Of a stretch of 64,000 nt of DNA, positions 18,353 through 28,460 are shown piece by piece; within the stretch, counting starts at the first letter, position 1, and each line of letters begins with the position of its first letter. Under the pieces are notes generated by a model. It was not told the DNA's origin. It saw nothing but the letters and a program-made list of their open reading frames with translations, and did not search any database. Made by a program: the position numbers and the translations under genes. This stretch comes from Nocardioides sp. (GTDB taxonomy: Bacteria > Actinomycetota > Actinomycetes > Propionibacteriales > Nocardioidaceae): positions 517,148 through 581,147 of the forward strand of contig JASGIN010000014.1 of NCBI GenBank assembly GCA_049841015.1. Direction: 5' to 3'.

Positions 18353-19020
18353 TGGCGGCCGAGATGCGGAGCCGGAAGGCCGTCGCCCTGCTCTGGGTCG
18401 GCGGCGTGGTGGCCGCGACGCTGGTGGTCCTGGGCGTCAACGGCACCCTGTCGTCGTGGACGCAGGCGATCATCACCAACCCGAACAACACCGCCGCCAC
18501 GAACGGTGCGCCGATCCTGCAGGAGACGCAGGGCGCCAACACCTGCCTGTCGAGCTCGAGCGCGACCAATGTCTCCACATGCACGACCATCAACAAGTAC
18601 GGCGGCACGGCCAGCCCGCTCAGCCCGGGGACCAGCCAGACGGCCGACGTCACGTTCACCAACGTCGGTGCGGTGAAGGGGTCGACGTTCACCCTCACGT
18701 CGGGGGCCTGCACGCAGAACCCGACCGCGGGCACCGGCACCCCGCCGGCGAACAACCTGTGCACCAACGGTGACCTGACCATCGCAGTGTCCTGCTCGCC
18801 CGGTACGACGTACTCGGCCGGCAGCGCGTGGACCGACCTGGTGGCGACCGCCACCAGCCCGGCCACCTTCGCCGCCGGTGCGGGGCTGACCCACACCACC
18901 GGTCTGGCGGCCGGGGCCTCGGCGACCTGCCGGTTCACCGTCGCCCTCGGCTCGGGCGCCGGCGTGCTGGACCAGGGGATCGTCGTCACGCAACCGCTGA
19001 CCTGGACCCTCACCGCCTGA
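18352..19020 (+). CDS. SipW-class exported, TasA-like subunit B (222 aa)
   Basis: Signal peptide ending GVNGTLS-SWT, Thr/Gly/Ser-rich beta-type sequence with six Cys, ends QPLTWTLTA. Start overlaps the upstream stop. Confidence 0.75.
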   Translation: MAAEMRSRKAVALLWVGGVVAATLVVLGVNGTLSSWTQAIITNPNNTAATNGAPILQETQGANTCLSSSSATNVSTCTTINKYGGTASPLSPGTSQTADVTFTNVGAVKGSTFTLTSGACTQNPTAGTGTPPANNLCTNGDLTIAVSCSPGTTYSAGSAWTDLVATATSPATFAAGAGLTHTTGLAAGASATCRFTVALGSGAGVLDQGIVVTQPLTWTLTA

Positions 19021-20420
19021 TGCAGCAGGAGCCTCGACGCTCCCGGCGAGGCCTTCTCGCCGGGAGCATCGCCGCCGTCGTCGCCCTGCTGGGCGTCGTC
19101 CTGGTCTCGCCCACCGAGGCCAGCTGGACCCAGGCGCAGGTCGGCAACAGCACGGACTCCGCGGCCTCAGGTGGGCTGGCCTTCACCCACGTGGGCACGG
19201 CCACCTGCTCGGCGGGCCCGGCCGTGGCCTCCAGCACCACGTGCCCCGGCACGGTCACGCCGACCTCCGCCACGTCGGCGACGGCCGCGGTCACCGGGAC
19301 CGACGCGATCACCGACAACGGCACCCTCCCGGCGTCGCGACTGAGCCAGAAGGTGCAGGCGAGCTCGTGCGCCCCGGTGAGGTACGACAACTCCAAGACC
19401 GCGACCGACCCGCTCCTGCCGAGGTTCGCCACGGCGTTCCAGCAGTCCGACGGCTGGGGGACGACGACCGCGACGAGCCTGTCCTCGGGCGCGTACGCCA
19501 CCGACCCGATCGGCGTCACCGGGGTGTCCGTGCTGGGCTCGAACTGGACGATCGGGATCCGGTTCAAGGTGGCCAACGGCTACACCGGTGGGGGCGGGCT
19601 CATCTCGCTGGCGCCCAGTCCCAGCAACGCCACGACCGGCTCCGGGCCGCTCGAGCTCTGGATGGACAACACCGGCAAGCTCCGGTACCAGGTCGTCGGG
19701 ACGCTCGGGCTCGGCACCACCTCGGGGGTGAGCTCGGCGGCGTACAACGACGGCCGGTGGCACACCGCGGTCCTGACCATGGGCTCGGTGCTGATCTCCG
19801 GTGTCTTCCTCTACGTCGACGGCGTCCAGGCCACCTCGAGCCTCGGCCTGTCGGCGCTGACGGGGGTCGCGGCGTACTGGCACCTCGGCTGGGCCGATGC
19901 GGGCAGCCTGACCGGGGCTCCGTCGTCTGCCGCGATCACCGGCTCGCTCTCCGGCGCGTTCGTGACTGCGGCCGCCAGCAGCCTGACGAACCTCACGGCC
20001 GTCAACAACGCCGCGAGCGCGTCGGCGTACAGCACGGCCGTGCTGGCGCTGTCGAACGTCGGCAACCTCTGGATGCTCGGTGACCCCGGCACCACGACGT
20101 ACGCCGGGACGCTGCCGGCCACCATGGCCACCCCGTGCGCGCAGGTGGACGTCGCCTTCGGCTTCACGAGCCCGACCGCGAGCATCGCCCAGCAGAGCCT
20201 GGCGGCGTTCGTGGCGGGAGGCGGCGGCACCGTCGCGGCCCCGGGCCCGGGGGTCACTCAGACGATGACGGTGTCGCTGACCCGCGACGCCACGTGGAAC
20301 GGCGACGTCGCGGGCCTGCACCTGTACGCGCCCCTCACGGTGACCGAGACCACCGCCCCGGCCAGCACGTGGTCGCTCGCGTTCACCTGGCCCTCGGCTG
20401 CGGGGGCGTTCCTGGCATGA
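19020..20420 (+). CDS. SipW-class exported protein with an internal LamG/concanavalin A-like domain (466 aa); putative adhesin
   Basis: Signal peptide ending PTEA-SWT. LamG-type motifs WTIGIRFK, LWMDNTGKL, YNDGRWHTAVLT, LYVDG, WHLG. Start overlaps the upstream stop (TGATG). Confidence 0.75.
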   Translation: MQQEPRRSRRGLLAGSIAAVVALLGVVLVSPTEASWTQAQVGNSTDSAASGGLAFTHVGTATCSAGPAVASSTTCPGTVTPTSATSATAAVTGTDAITDNGTLPASRLSQKVQASSCAPVRYDNSKTATDPLLPRFATAFQQSDGWGTTTATSLSSGAYATDPIGVTGVSVLGSNWTIGIRFKVANGYTGGGGLISLAPSPSNATTGSGPLELWMDNTGKLRYQVVGTLGLGTTSGVSSAAYNDGRWHTAVLTMGSVLISGVFLYVDGVQATSSLGLSALTGVAAYWHLGWADAGSLTGAPSSAAITGSLSGAFVTAAASSLTNLTAVNNAASASAYSTAVLALSNVGNLWMLGDPGTTTYAGTLPATMATPCAQVDVAFGFTSPTASIAQQSLAAFVAGGGGTVAAPGPGVTQTMTVSLTRDATWNGDVAGLHLYAPLTVTETTAPASTWSLAFTWPSAAGAFLA

Positions 20421-21241
20421 GACGGGTCGCGCAGATCACCGGCGGAGCGCTGCTGGCCGCCCTGGTCTGCCTCGTCGGCTTCGCCGGCCTCTGGCGCCTG
20501 CACGGGGGCCGCGTGGAGCGGGTCGAGACGCCGTCGATGGGGACCGTGGCCCCGGTCGGCTCGTTGCTCTGGGTGGCGCCCGTGGACGCGACGACGCTCC
20601 GGCCCGGCGACTTCATCAGCTTCCACCCACCCGGGGACGACAGTCGCACCTACAGCCACCGGGTCCTGCGCACGTATCCGGACGGCAGCCTCCAGACCCA
20701 GGGCGCGATCACGGCTCCCGATCCCTGGCGTCTTCAGCCGTCGGACGTCGTGGGCGAGGTCGTCATGACCTGGCCAGGCATCGGACTGCTGGTCCACTCG
20801 GCGCCGTTGCTGGTCGCCGGCGGTTGCGCGGTGGCGCTGACCGCCGGACGCCTGCGTCGGGAATGGCGGGCCCTGGCGCTGCTGGTCGGGGCGAGCGTGG
20901 TGCTGGCCGCGGCGATCACGGTCTACCGACCGTTCACGAACGCCGAGCAGCTGGCGTTCACGCCGGTCCACGACGGGGCGCGCGCGACGTACGTGTCGAC
21001 GGGCCTGCTCCCGGTGCGTCTGACGGCCGACGGAGGCGGGTCGGTGGTCCTCGCCGACGGCGAGCGCGGATCTGTGACCGTGCCCGGCGCGACGGGGCAG
21101 CAGCGCTTCGCGGTGCACCTCGGTCCCGCGGTGCCGTGGGAGTTCTGGGCCGTCCTGGTCGGGCCGTGCTTCGTGCCGGCCGCCGGCGCGACCGCGGCGC
21201 GGGCGACGCAAGCGCGTCGGTCGCCCGGCGCAGCTGGGTGA
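20417..21241 (+). CDS. Signal peptidase I, SipW/archaeal type (S26B), with a C-terminal membrane extension
   Basis: TM helix, then VETPSM (catalytic Ser), LRPGDFISF, YSHRV (His in place of Lys), TQG...PDPW, VVGEV. ATGA overlap. Confidence 0.8.
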   Translation: MRRVAQITGGALLAALVCLVGFAGLWRLHGGRVERVETPSMGTVAPVGSLLWVAPVDATTLRPGDFISFHPPGDDSRTYSHRVLRTYPDGSLQTQGAITAPDPWRLQPSDVVGEVVMTWPGIGLLVHSAPLLVAGGCAVALTAGRLRREWRALALLVGASVVLAAAITVYRPFTNAEQLAFTPVHDGARATYVSTGLLPVRLTADGGGSVVLADGERGSVTVPGATGQQRFAVHLGPAVPWEFWAVLVGPCFVPAAGATAARATQARRSPGAAG

Positions 21242-21271
21242 GCGTCTCGACCGTCGCCCTAGCATGGAGGC

Positions 21272-21925
21272 GTGCTCCATTCAGGCTCCTCGACGGCCGC
21301 GACCGCGGCCGGTGCCCCGACCGTCGGGGTCTTCGCGCTGCAGGGCGACGTGCGCGAGCACCTGCGCATGCTCGGTGGCCTGGGCGTCCGCGCGATCGGC
21401 GTACGTCGCGTCAGTGAGCTGGAGGAATGCGACGCCCTCGTCGTGCCCGGAGGCGAGTCGACGACCATGGCGAAGCTGGCCCGCACCTTCGACCTGTTCG
21501 AGCCGATGCGCCAGCGGATCAAGGAGGGGCTGCCGGTCCTGGGCACCTGCGCCGGGATGATCATGCTCGCCGACCGGGTCGAGGACGGGACCGCCGACCA
21601 GGAGACGCTCGGCGGCCTCGACATCACCGTCCGGCGCAACGCGTTCGGGCGTCAGGTCGACTCCTTCGAGGGCGAGGTCGCGTTCGCCGGCCTGGACGCC
21701 CCGGTCCACGCGGTCTTCATCCGGGCGCCGTGGGTCGAGAGCGTGGGCTCCGACGTCACCGTGCTCGCCCAGGTCGAGGAGGGGGCGGCCGCGGGTAGGA
21801 TCGTGGCGGTCCGCCAGGGGTCGTTGATGGCGACGTCCTTCCACCCCGAGGTCGGCGGTGACGACCGCGTCCACCGCCTGTTCCTGGACCTGATCGACGC
21901 ATCCGTGCCCGAGCGAACGAAGTAG
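21272..21925 (+). CDS. pdxT: Pyridoxal 5'-phosphate synthase glutaminase subunit
   Basis: [45 protein letters not shown]. Start codon uncertain. Confidence 0.96.
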   Translation: MLHSGSSTAATAAGAPTVGVFALQGDVREHLRMLGGLGVRAIGVRRVSELEECDALVVPGGESTTMAKLARTFDLFEPMRQRIKEGLPVLGTCAGMIMLADRVEDGTADQETLGGLDITVRRNAFGRQVDSFEGEVAFAGLDAPVHAVFIRAPWVESVGSDVTVLAQVEEGAAAGRIVAVRQGSLMATSFHPEVGGDDRVHRLFLDLIDASVPERTK

Positions 21926-21931
21926 GGAGCC

Positions 21932-22696
21932 ATGTCCGGCCACTCCAAATGGGCGACCACCAAGCACAAGAAGGCGGTGATCGACGCCCGTCGCGGCAAG
22001 ATGTTCGCCAAGCTCATCAAGAACATCGAGGTCGCCGCGAGGATGGGCGGGGGAGACCCCGCCGGCAACCCGACCCTCTACGACGCGATCCAGAAGGCCA
22101 AGAAGTCGTCGGTTCCCAACGACAACATCGACCGCGCGGTCAAGCGCGGCTCCGGTGCGGAGGCCGGGGGCGCCGAGTACGCCACGATCATGTACGAGGT
22201 CTACGGGCCGCAGGGCGTGGCCTTCCTCGTGGAGTGCCTCACCGACAACCGCAACCGCGCCGCCATGGAGGTCCGCACCGCGGTCACCCGCAACGGCGGC
22301 ACGATGGCCGACCCGGGCTCGGTCTCGCGGCTGTTCAACCGCAAGGGCGTCGTGATCGTGCCGAAGGCCCAGGAGGCGCGCGAGGTCGACGAGGACGCCG
22401 TGCTCGAGGCCGCGCTCGACGCCGGGGTCGAGGACGTCAACGACCTCGACGACTCCTTCGAGGTGGTCTCGGAGGCGACCGACGTCGTCGCGGTCCGCAG
22501 CGCCCTGCAGGACGCCACCATCGACTACGACTCCGCCGAGGTGCAGTTCGTGGCGAGCATGGACATCCCGGTCGACGCCGACGCCGCGGGGAAGGTGTTC
22601 CGCCTCGTCGACGCCCTGGAGGACCTCGACGACGTGCAGAACGTCTTCACCAACGTCGACGTCCCCGACGAGGTCATGGCGGCTCTGGACGCCTGA
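21932..22696 (+). CDS. yebC: YebC/PmpR family DNA-binding/translation factor
   Basis: [40 protein letters not shown]. Confidence 0.96.
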   Translation: MSGHSKWATTKHKKAVIDARRGKMFAKLIKNIEVAARMGGGDPAGNPTLYDAIQKAKKSSVPNDNIDRAVKRGSGAEAGGAEYATIMYEVYGPQGVAFLVECLTDNRNRAAMEVRTAVTRNGGTMADPGSVSRLFNRKGVVIVPKAQEAREVDEDAVLEAALDAGVEDVNDLDDSFEVVSEATDVVAVRSALQDATIDYDSAEVQFVASMDIPVDADAAGKVFRLVDALEDLDDVQNVFTNVDVPDEVMAALDA

Positions 22697-22766
22697 GCGA
22701 GGACGACTCGGCGGAGCGGGCGTGTCCTGACCAGGGGTGGGGGCGAGCGCGGGATAGCGTGACGTG

Positions 22767-22780
22767 CGAACAGGTGTTCG
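22767..22780. promoter_or_regulatory. LexA (SOS) box upstream of ruvCAB
   Basis: CGAACAGGTGTTCG fits the Gram-positive consensus CGAACRNRYGTTCG. It lies just downstream of a TAGCGT -10 (22755-22760). Confidence 0.85.
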
Positions 22781-22795
22781 GACGAGAGGCGAGCG

Positions 22796-23321
22796 ATGCG
22801 CGTGCTGGGGATCGACCCGGGCCTGACGCGGTGCGGCATGGGCGTCGTCGAGGGGGACGTCGGCAAGCCGCTGCGTCTGATCGACGTCAACGTCCTGCGC
22901 ACGTCGTCCGACGAGCACGTCTCGAAGCGGCTGATGCACATCGAGCGAGGCATCGAGGCCTGGCTCGACGAGCACCGGCCGGACGCCGTCGCCATCGAGC
23001 GGGTGTTCGCGCGCTCCGACTCCAGCACGGTCATGGGCACCGCCCAGGCGAGCGGGATCGCGATGGTCGCCGCCGCCCGCCGCGACCTGCCCCTGGCCCT
23101 GCACACGCCGTCCGAGGTCAAGGCCGCGGTCTCCGGTAGCGGCCGTGCGAGCAAGGCCCAGGTCGGCGCCATGGTCACCCGGATCCTGCGGCTTGGACGC
23201 CGCACCGAAGCCCGCCGACGCCGCCGACGCCCTCGCCCTGGCGATCACCCACATCTGGCGCGGCGGTGCCCAGGCCCGGATCGACGCCGCGCTGGCCGCG
23301 GCCGGCCGGAGCGCCCGGTGA
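22796..23321 (+). pseudogene. ruvC: Holliday junction resolvase RuvC; +1 frameshift at about 23193-23196 as sequenced (probably a sequencing error)
   Basis: LGIDPG, AIERVF, TPSEVKAAVSG in the first frame. PKPADAADALALAITH continues in the next frame to TGA 23321. Confidence 0.9.
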
Positions 23322-23914
23322 TCGCGTTCGTCCGCGGCGAGGTCGCGGCCGTCACGCTGACCAGCGCCGTCGTCGAGGTCGGCGGCGTGGGCCTGGAGCT
23401 GATGTGTACGCCGAACACCCTGGCCACCTTGCGGGTGGGCCAGGGCGCGACGCTGCCGACGTCCATGGTGGTCCGCGAGGACTCCTTGACCCTGTTCGGC
23501 TTCGTCGACGAGGACGAGAAGCAGGTCTTCGAGCTGGTCCAGACCGCCAGCGGCGTCGGACCGAAGCTCGCGCAGGCGATGCTCGCCGTCCTCACGCCCG
23601 ACGCCGTACGCCGGGCGGTGGCGGGCGACGACGTCCGCACCCTGACCATGGTCCCCGGCATCGGGCAGAAGGGTGCCCAGCGGATCATCCTCGAGCTCAA
23701 GGACCGGATCGGGGTGCCGGTCGCGGCCTCGGGCGGCGGCGTACCCGTGCTCAGCGAGCCGTGGCGCGACCAGGTCCAGCAAGGACTCGTGGGCCTGGGC
23801 TGGTCGGCCAAGGACGCCGACAAGGCGATCGAGGCGGTCGCCGACCAGGCCGGCGACCCGCCCGACGTCGGCTCGCTCCTGCGAGCCGCCCTGCGCACCC
23901 TGAGCAGGACCTGA
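23318..23914 (+). CDS. ruvA: Holliday junction branch migration protein RuvA
   Basis: [45 protein letters not shown]. Confidence 0.96.
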   Translation: MIAFVRGEVAAVTLTSAVVEVGGVGLELMCTPNTLATLRVGQGATLPTSMVVREDSLTLFGFVDEDEKQVFELVQTASGVGPKLAQAMLAVLTPDAVRRAVAGDDVRTLTMVPGIGQKGAQRIILELKDRIGVPVAASGGGVPVLSEPWRDQVQQGLVGLGWSAKDADKAIEAVADQAGDPPDVGSLLRAALRTLSRT

Positions 23915-23915
23915 C

Positions 23916-25019
23916 ATGGCCGACGAGCCGACCTCCGATCTCCCGCCCGATGTTCTCGCCGCGCGTGAGGCCGAGCACCTCGCCTCGCTGACCACGGCCG
24001 AGGCCGAGGGCGACGAGCGCGCGGTCGAGGCCGCACTGCGTCCCCGCACCCTCGACGAGGTCGTGGGTCAGCAGCGCGTCCGCGACCAGCTCGGCCTGGT
24101 GCTGGAGGCCGCGCGGCGACGCGGTCGGGCACCCGACCACGTCCTCCTCTCGGGGCCGCCCGGGCTGGGCAAGACCACGCTGGCGATGATCATCGCCACC
24201 GAGATGTCCGCGCCACTGCGGCTGACCAGCGGCCCGGCGATCACCCACGCCGGCGACCTCGCGGCGATCCTGTCGGGACTCAACGACGGGGACGTGCTCT
24301 TCGTCGACGAGCTCCACCGGATGTCGCGGCCGGCCGAGGAGATGCTCTACCTCGCGATGGAGGACTTCCGGGTCGACGTGGTGATCGGCAAGGGTCCGGG
24401 GGCCACGGCGATCCCGCTGGAGATCCCGCCGTTCACCCTGGTCGGGGCGACCACCCGGGCGGGGCTGCTGCCGGGGCCGTTGCGCGACCGGTTCGGCTTC
24501 ACCGCGCAGCTGGAGTTCTACGAGCCCGACGAGCTCGACACCATCATCCGCCGCTCGGCGGGGCTGCTCGGCGTGGAGGCCGACGCCGACGGCACCGCCG
24601 AGATCGCCTCCCGCTCCCGTGGCACCCCCCGTATCGCCAACCGGCTGCTGCGGCGGGTCCGTGACTACGCCCAGGTCCGCGCCGACGGCCTGGTGACCCG
24701 CGACGTCGCCCACCGTGCGCTCGACCTCTACGAGGTCGACTCGCTCGGTCTGGACCGGCTCGACCGGGCGGTCCTCGACTCGCTGTGCCGCCGGTTCGGC
24801 GGGGGACCGGTCGGCATCTCGACGCTGGCCGTGGCCGTCGGCGAGGAGCGCGAGACGGTCGAGGAGGTCGCCGAACCGTTCCTGGTCCGCAACGGCTTCC
24901 TGGCCCGTACGCCGCGCGGCCGGGTCGCGACCCGTTCCGCGTGGGAGCACCTCGGGCTCACCCCGCCGCCGAGTCCGCCGGCCGAGGCCGCTGACGGTCC
25001 GACGCTCTTCGAGCCCTGA
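23916..25019 (+). CDS. ruvB: Holliday junction DNA helicase RuvB
   Basis: [50 protein letters not shown]. Confidence 0.98.
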   Translation: MADEPTSDLPPDVLAAREAEHLASLTTAEAEGDERAVEAALRPRTLDEVVGQQRVRDQLGLVLEAARRRGRAPDHVLLSGPPGLGKTTLAMIIATEMSAPLRLTSGPAITHAGDLAAILSGLNDGDVLFVDELHRMSRPAEEMLYLAMEDFRVDVVIGKGPGATAIPLEIPPFTLVGATTRAGLLPGPLRDRFGFTAQLEFYEPDELDTIIRRSAGLLGVEADADGTAEIASRSRGTPRIANRLLRRVRDYAQVRADGLVTRDVAHRALDLYEVDSLGLDRLDRAVLDSLCRRFGGGPVGISTLAVAVGEERETVEEVAEPFLVRNGFLARTPRGRVATRSAWEHLGLTPPPSPPAEAADGPTLFEP

Positions 25020-25148
25020 GCCGACGACGGGTGGTGCCACGGTGATTCGTGAGCCCACCCATCCGGCTGGTTACACTTCACCGTCGGTCTGTCGACCGCT
25101 GCGCGCACGAGTCGCGCCCGCCTGCCGAACCCCTGACCGAGGAAACCT

Positions 25149-25487
25149 GTGGACAACGTGGCGCCCTTCTTGATCCTGCTGGGGATCGCGGTGCTGTTCT
25201 GGTTGGTCATGATCCGGCCGGCGCAGGCACGCCAGCGGGCGATGGTGCGCATGCAGGGCGGGATCGCGACCGACGACGAGGTGATGCTGACCTCGGGGAT
25301 CTTCGGAGTGGTCCGTGCGTTGGACGAGGAGAACGTCCACGTCGAGGTGGCTGACGGCGTGAGGATCAAGGTCGTCAAGGCTGCCGTGGCCAAGGTCGTG
25401 GCTCCAGCGTCTCGGGAAGTCGGAACAGAGCTCGCGGCATCGGGTGCCGACGAGCCGGAGGAGAAGCAATCTGATGGCACGCAGTAG
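25149..25487 (+). CDS. yajC: Preprotein translocase subunit YajC
   Basis: N-terminal TM, IRPAQARQ, EVMLTSGIFG. Lies between ruvB and secD. Confidence 0.9.
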   Translation: MDNVAPFLILLGIAVLFWLVMIRPAQARQRAMVRMQGGIATDDEVMLTSGIFGVVRALDEENVHVEVADGVRIKVVKAAVAKVVAPASREVGTELAASGADEPEEKQSDGTQ

Positions 25488-27210
25488 CGCTCGCCCGGGT
25501 CGCACCGTCACGGTGTTCTTCATCGGGCTGGCGATCGCCTACGGCCTGGTCGCCCTGATCGGCACCTGGAAGCCCGCCCTGGGTCTCGACCTCGAGGGCG
25601 GCACCCAGATCACGCTGACCGCCAACGGCAACGTGAAGAAGGACGAGCTCAACCAGGCGGCGAGCATCATCAACGACCGCGTGAACGCCTCCGGTGTCTC
25701 CGAGGCGACGGTCACCACGCAGGGCAGCGACGAGATCGTCGTCCAGGTGCCGGGCTCGAACAAGAACGGCCTGGTGCAGACCGTCGTCCGCCAGGCGCGA
25801 CTCCGGTTCCGCCTGGTAGCCCAGGTCGGTGCGACCGGGACGACGACCAGCCCCTCGACCACTCCCACGCCGTCGCCCGGGGTCGGCGTCACGCTTCCCC
25901 CGAAGACCAAGGGCACCAAGGCCGGCAACCCCAAGACGCCGAGCAGCTCGTCCACGGGCAAGAACCGCGCTCCGGCGTACCTCGGGCAGGACAAGAACAA
26001 GCCCAAGAAGAACAAGTCGAGCTCGAGCAGCCCGTCGTCGTCGCCGTCCACCGGTACGACGCCCGACGCGCCCGACTCGACGTCCCAGGTCACCTACACC
26101 GCGGCGAACAAGAAGGCCTTCGGCGACCCCCTGACGTGGATGTCCAGCCCGGACCCGCAGTCCGTGGCGGTCTACAACGCCTACAGCTGCGCCTCCAAGG
26201 CACCGGTCGTCGACGACCCGACGATCCCGATCGTGACCTGTGACGACCAGGGACAGAAGTACCTCCTGTCGCCGGCGGTCATCGAGGGGACCGAGATCAA
26301 GACGGCCGCCGCGACCGCCCCGGGCAGTCAGCAGGGGCAGGTCGACTGGGAGGTCAGCCTCAGCCTGAAGAGCCACGGTGCGGACATCCAGCGCCAGCTG
26401 TCCCAGGAGATGCAGGGCAACCAGAACGAGCTGGTGGCCATCGTGCTCGACGGGAAGGTCGTGACCGCGACCTACTTCAAGCAGGTCATCCCCGACGGCA
26501 CCTCCACGATCCAGGGCAACTTCACCGAGTCGTCGGCCAAGAGCCTGGCCACCAGCCTGAAGTACGGCGCCCTGCCGATCAGCTTCGACAAGAACAAGAC
26601 CACGACCGAGGTCATCGGCCCCTCTCTCGCGGGCGACCAGCTCCGGGCCGGCATCACCGCCGGCATCGCCGGTCTGCTGCTGGTGATGCTCTACTGCCTG
26701 CTCTACTACCGCGGGCTCGGCCTCGTGGTCATCTCGTCGCTGGTCGTGGCCGGCGCCACGACGTACGCCATGGTGCTGCTGCTGGCCAAGAGCGCCGGCT
26801 TCACGCTGACCCTGCCCGGCATCGCCGGTCTGATCGTCGCGGTCGGCATCACGGCGGACTCGTTCGTCGTGTTCTTCGAGCGCATCCGAGACGAGATGAG
26901 ATCCGGCAAGTCGATGCGGGTCGCCGTCGAGGCCGGATGGCTGCGGGCCCGGGCGACGTGTGTCGCGGCCGACGCGGTGTCGATCCTCGCGGCCGTGGTG
27001 CTCTACATCTTCGCGGCCGGCGTCGTGAAGGGCTTCGCGTTCGCGCTCGGCCTCTCCACGCTGATCGACCTCGCGGTGTTCTTCTGGTTCACCAAGCCGA
27101 TGGTGTCGTGGCTCGCCCGCTTCGAGTTCTTCAACAAGGGCCACAAGCTCTCCGGGCTGGACGCGGAGAACCTCGGCCTCGATCGTCTTCCGGCGGGAGG
27201 GAGGGCCTGA
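25474..27210 (+). CDS. secD: Protein translocase subunit SecD
   Basis: LGLDLEGGT, RVNASGVSE, AIVLDG, LKYGALP, IGPSLAG, DSFVVFFERIRDE, VKGFAFAL. Carries a Ser/Thr/Lys-rich low-complexity insert. Confidence 0.97.
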   Translation: MARSSARPGRTVTVFFIGLAIAYGLVALIGTWKPALGLDLEGGTQITLTANGNVKKDELNQAASIINDRVNASGVSEATVTTQGSDEIVVQVPGSNKNGLVQTVVRQARLRFRLVAQVGATGTTTSPSTTPTPSPGVGVTLPPKTKGTKAGNPKTPSSSSTGKNRAPAYLGQDKNKPKKNKSSSSSPSSSPSTGTTPDAPDSTSQVTYTAANKKAFGDPLTWMSSPDPQSVAVYNAYSCASKAPVVDDPTIPIVTCDDQGQKYLLSPAVIEGTEIKTAAATAPGSQQGQVDWEVSLSLKSHGADIQRQLSQEMQGNQNELVAIVLDGKVVTATYFKQVIPDGTSTIQGNFTESSAKSLATSLKYGALPISFDKNKTTTEVIGPSLAGDQLRAGITAGIAGLLLVMLYCLLYYRGLGLVVISSLVVAGATTYAMVLLLAKSAGFTLTLPGIAGLIVAVGITADSFVVFFERIRDEMRSGKSMRVAVEAGWLRARATCVAADAVSILAAVVLYIFAAGVVKGFAFALGLSTLIDLAVFFWFTKPMVSWLARFEFFNKGHKLSGLDAENLGLDRLPAGGRA

Positions 27211-28460
27211 TGAGCAGGTTCACCAGGCTCGGCAACGACCTCTACAGCGGTCGACGCTCGATCGACTTCGTCGGCAAGACCCGGATCTGGTACGCCGTCT
27301 CCGGCGTGATCATCATCGCCGCCGTGCTCGGCCTCTACACCCGTGGCCTCAACTTCGGTCTGGAGTTCCGTGGCGGCGCGCAGTTCACGGTGTCGATGCC
27401 GAGCAGCCAGGTCACCCAGGCCAACGCCGACAAGCTGCGCGACGACGTGTCGAACACCGGCATCAAGTCCGCCGAGCAGGTCGTGGTCACCACTGCCGGC
27501 CAGAACAGCATCATCGTGGAGACCGAGCCGGTCACCCCCGACGAGAGTGACCAGATCGAGGCCGCGATCGAGCAGTCCGTGGGTGTCTCGCACAACGACA
27601 TCTCCACCGACGAGATCGGACCGAGCTGGGGCAAGGAGGTCGCCAAACGCTCGGCGATCGGACTCGTCGTGTTCCTGGTGCTCGTCGTCTTCATGATCTG
27701 GGGCTACTTCCGACAATGGAAGATGTCAGTGGCCGCGATGGTGGCGCTGGTGCACGACCTCGTGATCACCGTCGGCATCTATGCGCTGTCGGGCTTCCAG
27801 GTGACTCCGGCCACCGTGACCGGCGTCCTGACGATCCTCGGCTTCTCGCTGTACGACACCGTCGTGGTGTTCGACAAGGTCCGTGAGAACACCAAGAACC
27901 TCCGGGCCTCGCGGATGACCTATCGCGAGGCGGCCAACCTGGCCATCAACCAGACGCTGGTCCGTTCGATCAACACCTCGATCGTGGCGCTGATCCCGGT
28001 CGCGGCCATCCTCTACGTCGGCGCGGTGCAGCTGGGTTCGGGTGACCTGAAGGACCTGTCGCTCGCGCTCTTCGTCGGCATGGCCGCCGGCGCCTACTCG
28101 TCGATCTTCATCGCGACGCCGCTGCTGGCGCACATGAAGTCGCGTGAGGCAGGCGCGGCGGAGCTGGAGCGTCGGATCAGGACGCGTCGTGCGCATGATG
28201 TCGACCGCTACGCCTCGGTGCCGGCGTACACCGACGACATGGAGATCGCGACCGACCCCAACGTCGCTCCGCCGTCTGCCGCCGACCGCCCGGAGCAGCC
28301 GGCCCCGACCTCGACCGGTGGCAGCAGTCCACGCCCGAGCACCGAGGCCAGCGGGCGCGGCCGCGTGGTGCCCCAGTCGCGCGGGCCGGTACGACCGAGC
28401 TCGTCCAGCGGCCGGTCCCAGCCCTCGCGGCAGTCGAAGTCCAAGCGCGGCAAGAAGTGA
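27210..28460 (+). CDS. secF: Protein translocase subunit SecF
   Basis: GLEFRGG, IGPSWG, LTILGFSLYDTVVVFDKVRE, QTLVRSINT, YSSIFIATP. Confidence 0.97.
   Translation: MSRFTRLGNDLYSGRRSIDFVGKTRIWYAVSGVIIIAAVLGLYTRGLNFGLEFRGGAQFTVSMPSSQVTQANADKLRDDVSNTGIKSAEQVVVTTAGQNSIIVETEPVTPDESDQIEAAIEQSVGVSHNDISTDEIGPSWGKEVAKRSAIGLVVFLVLVVFMIWGYFRQWKMSVAAMVALVHDLVITVGIYALSGFQVTPATVTGVLTILGFSLYDTVVVFDKVRENTKNLRASRMTYREAANLAINQTLVRSINTSIVALIPVAAILYVGAVQLGSGDLKDLSLALFVGMAAGAYSSIFIATPLLAHMKSREAGAAELERRIRTRRAHDVDRYASVPAYTDDMEIATDPNVAPPSAADRPEQPAPTSTGGSSPRPSTEASGRGRVVPQSRGPVRPSSSSGRSQPSRQSKSKRGKK

Noticed and set aside
25840-26090. Low-complexity Ser/Thr/Lys stretch in SecD (and the SecF tail)
   Set aside because: In frame; such linkers are common in actinobacterial SecD/SecF.
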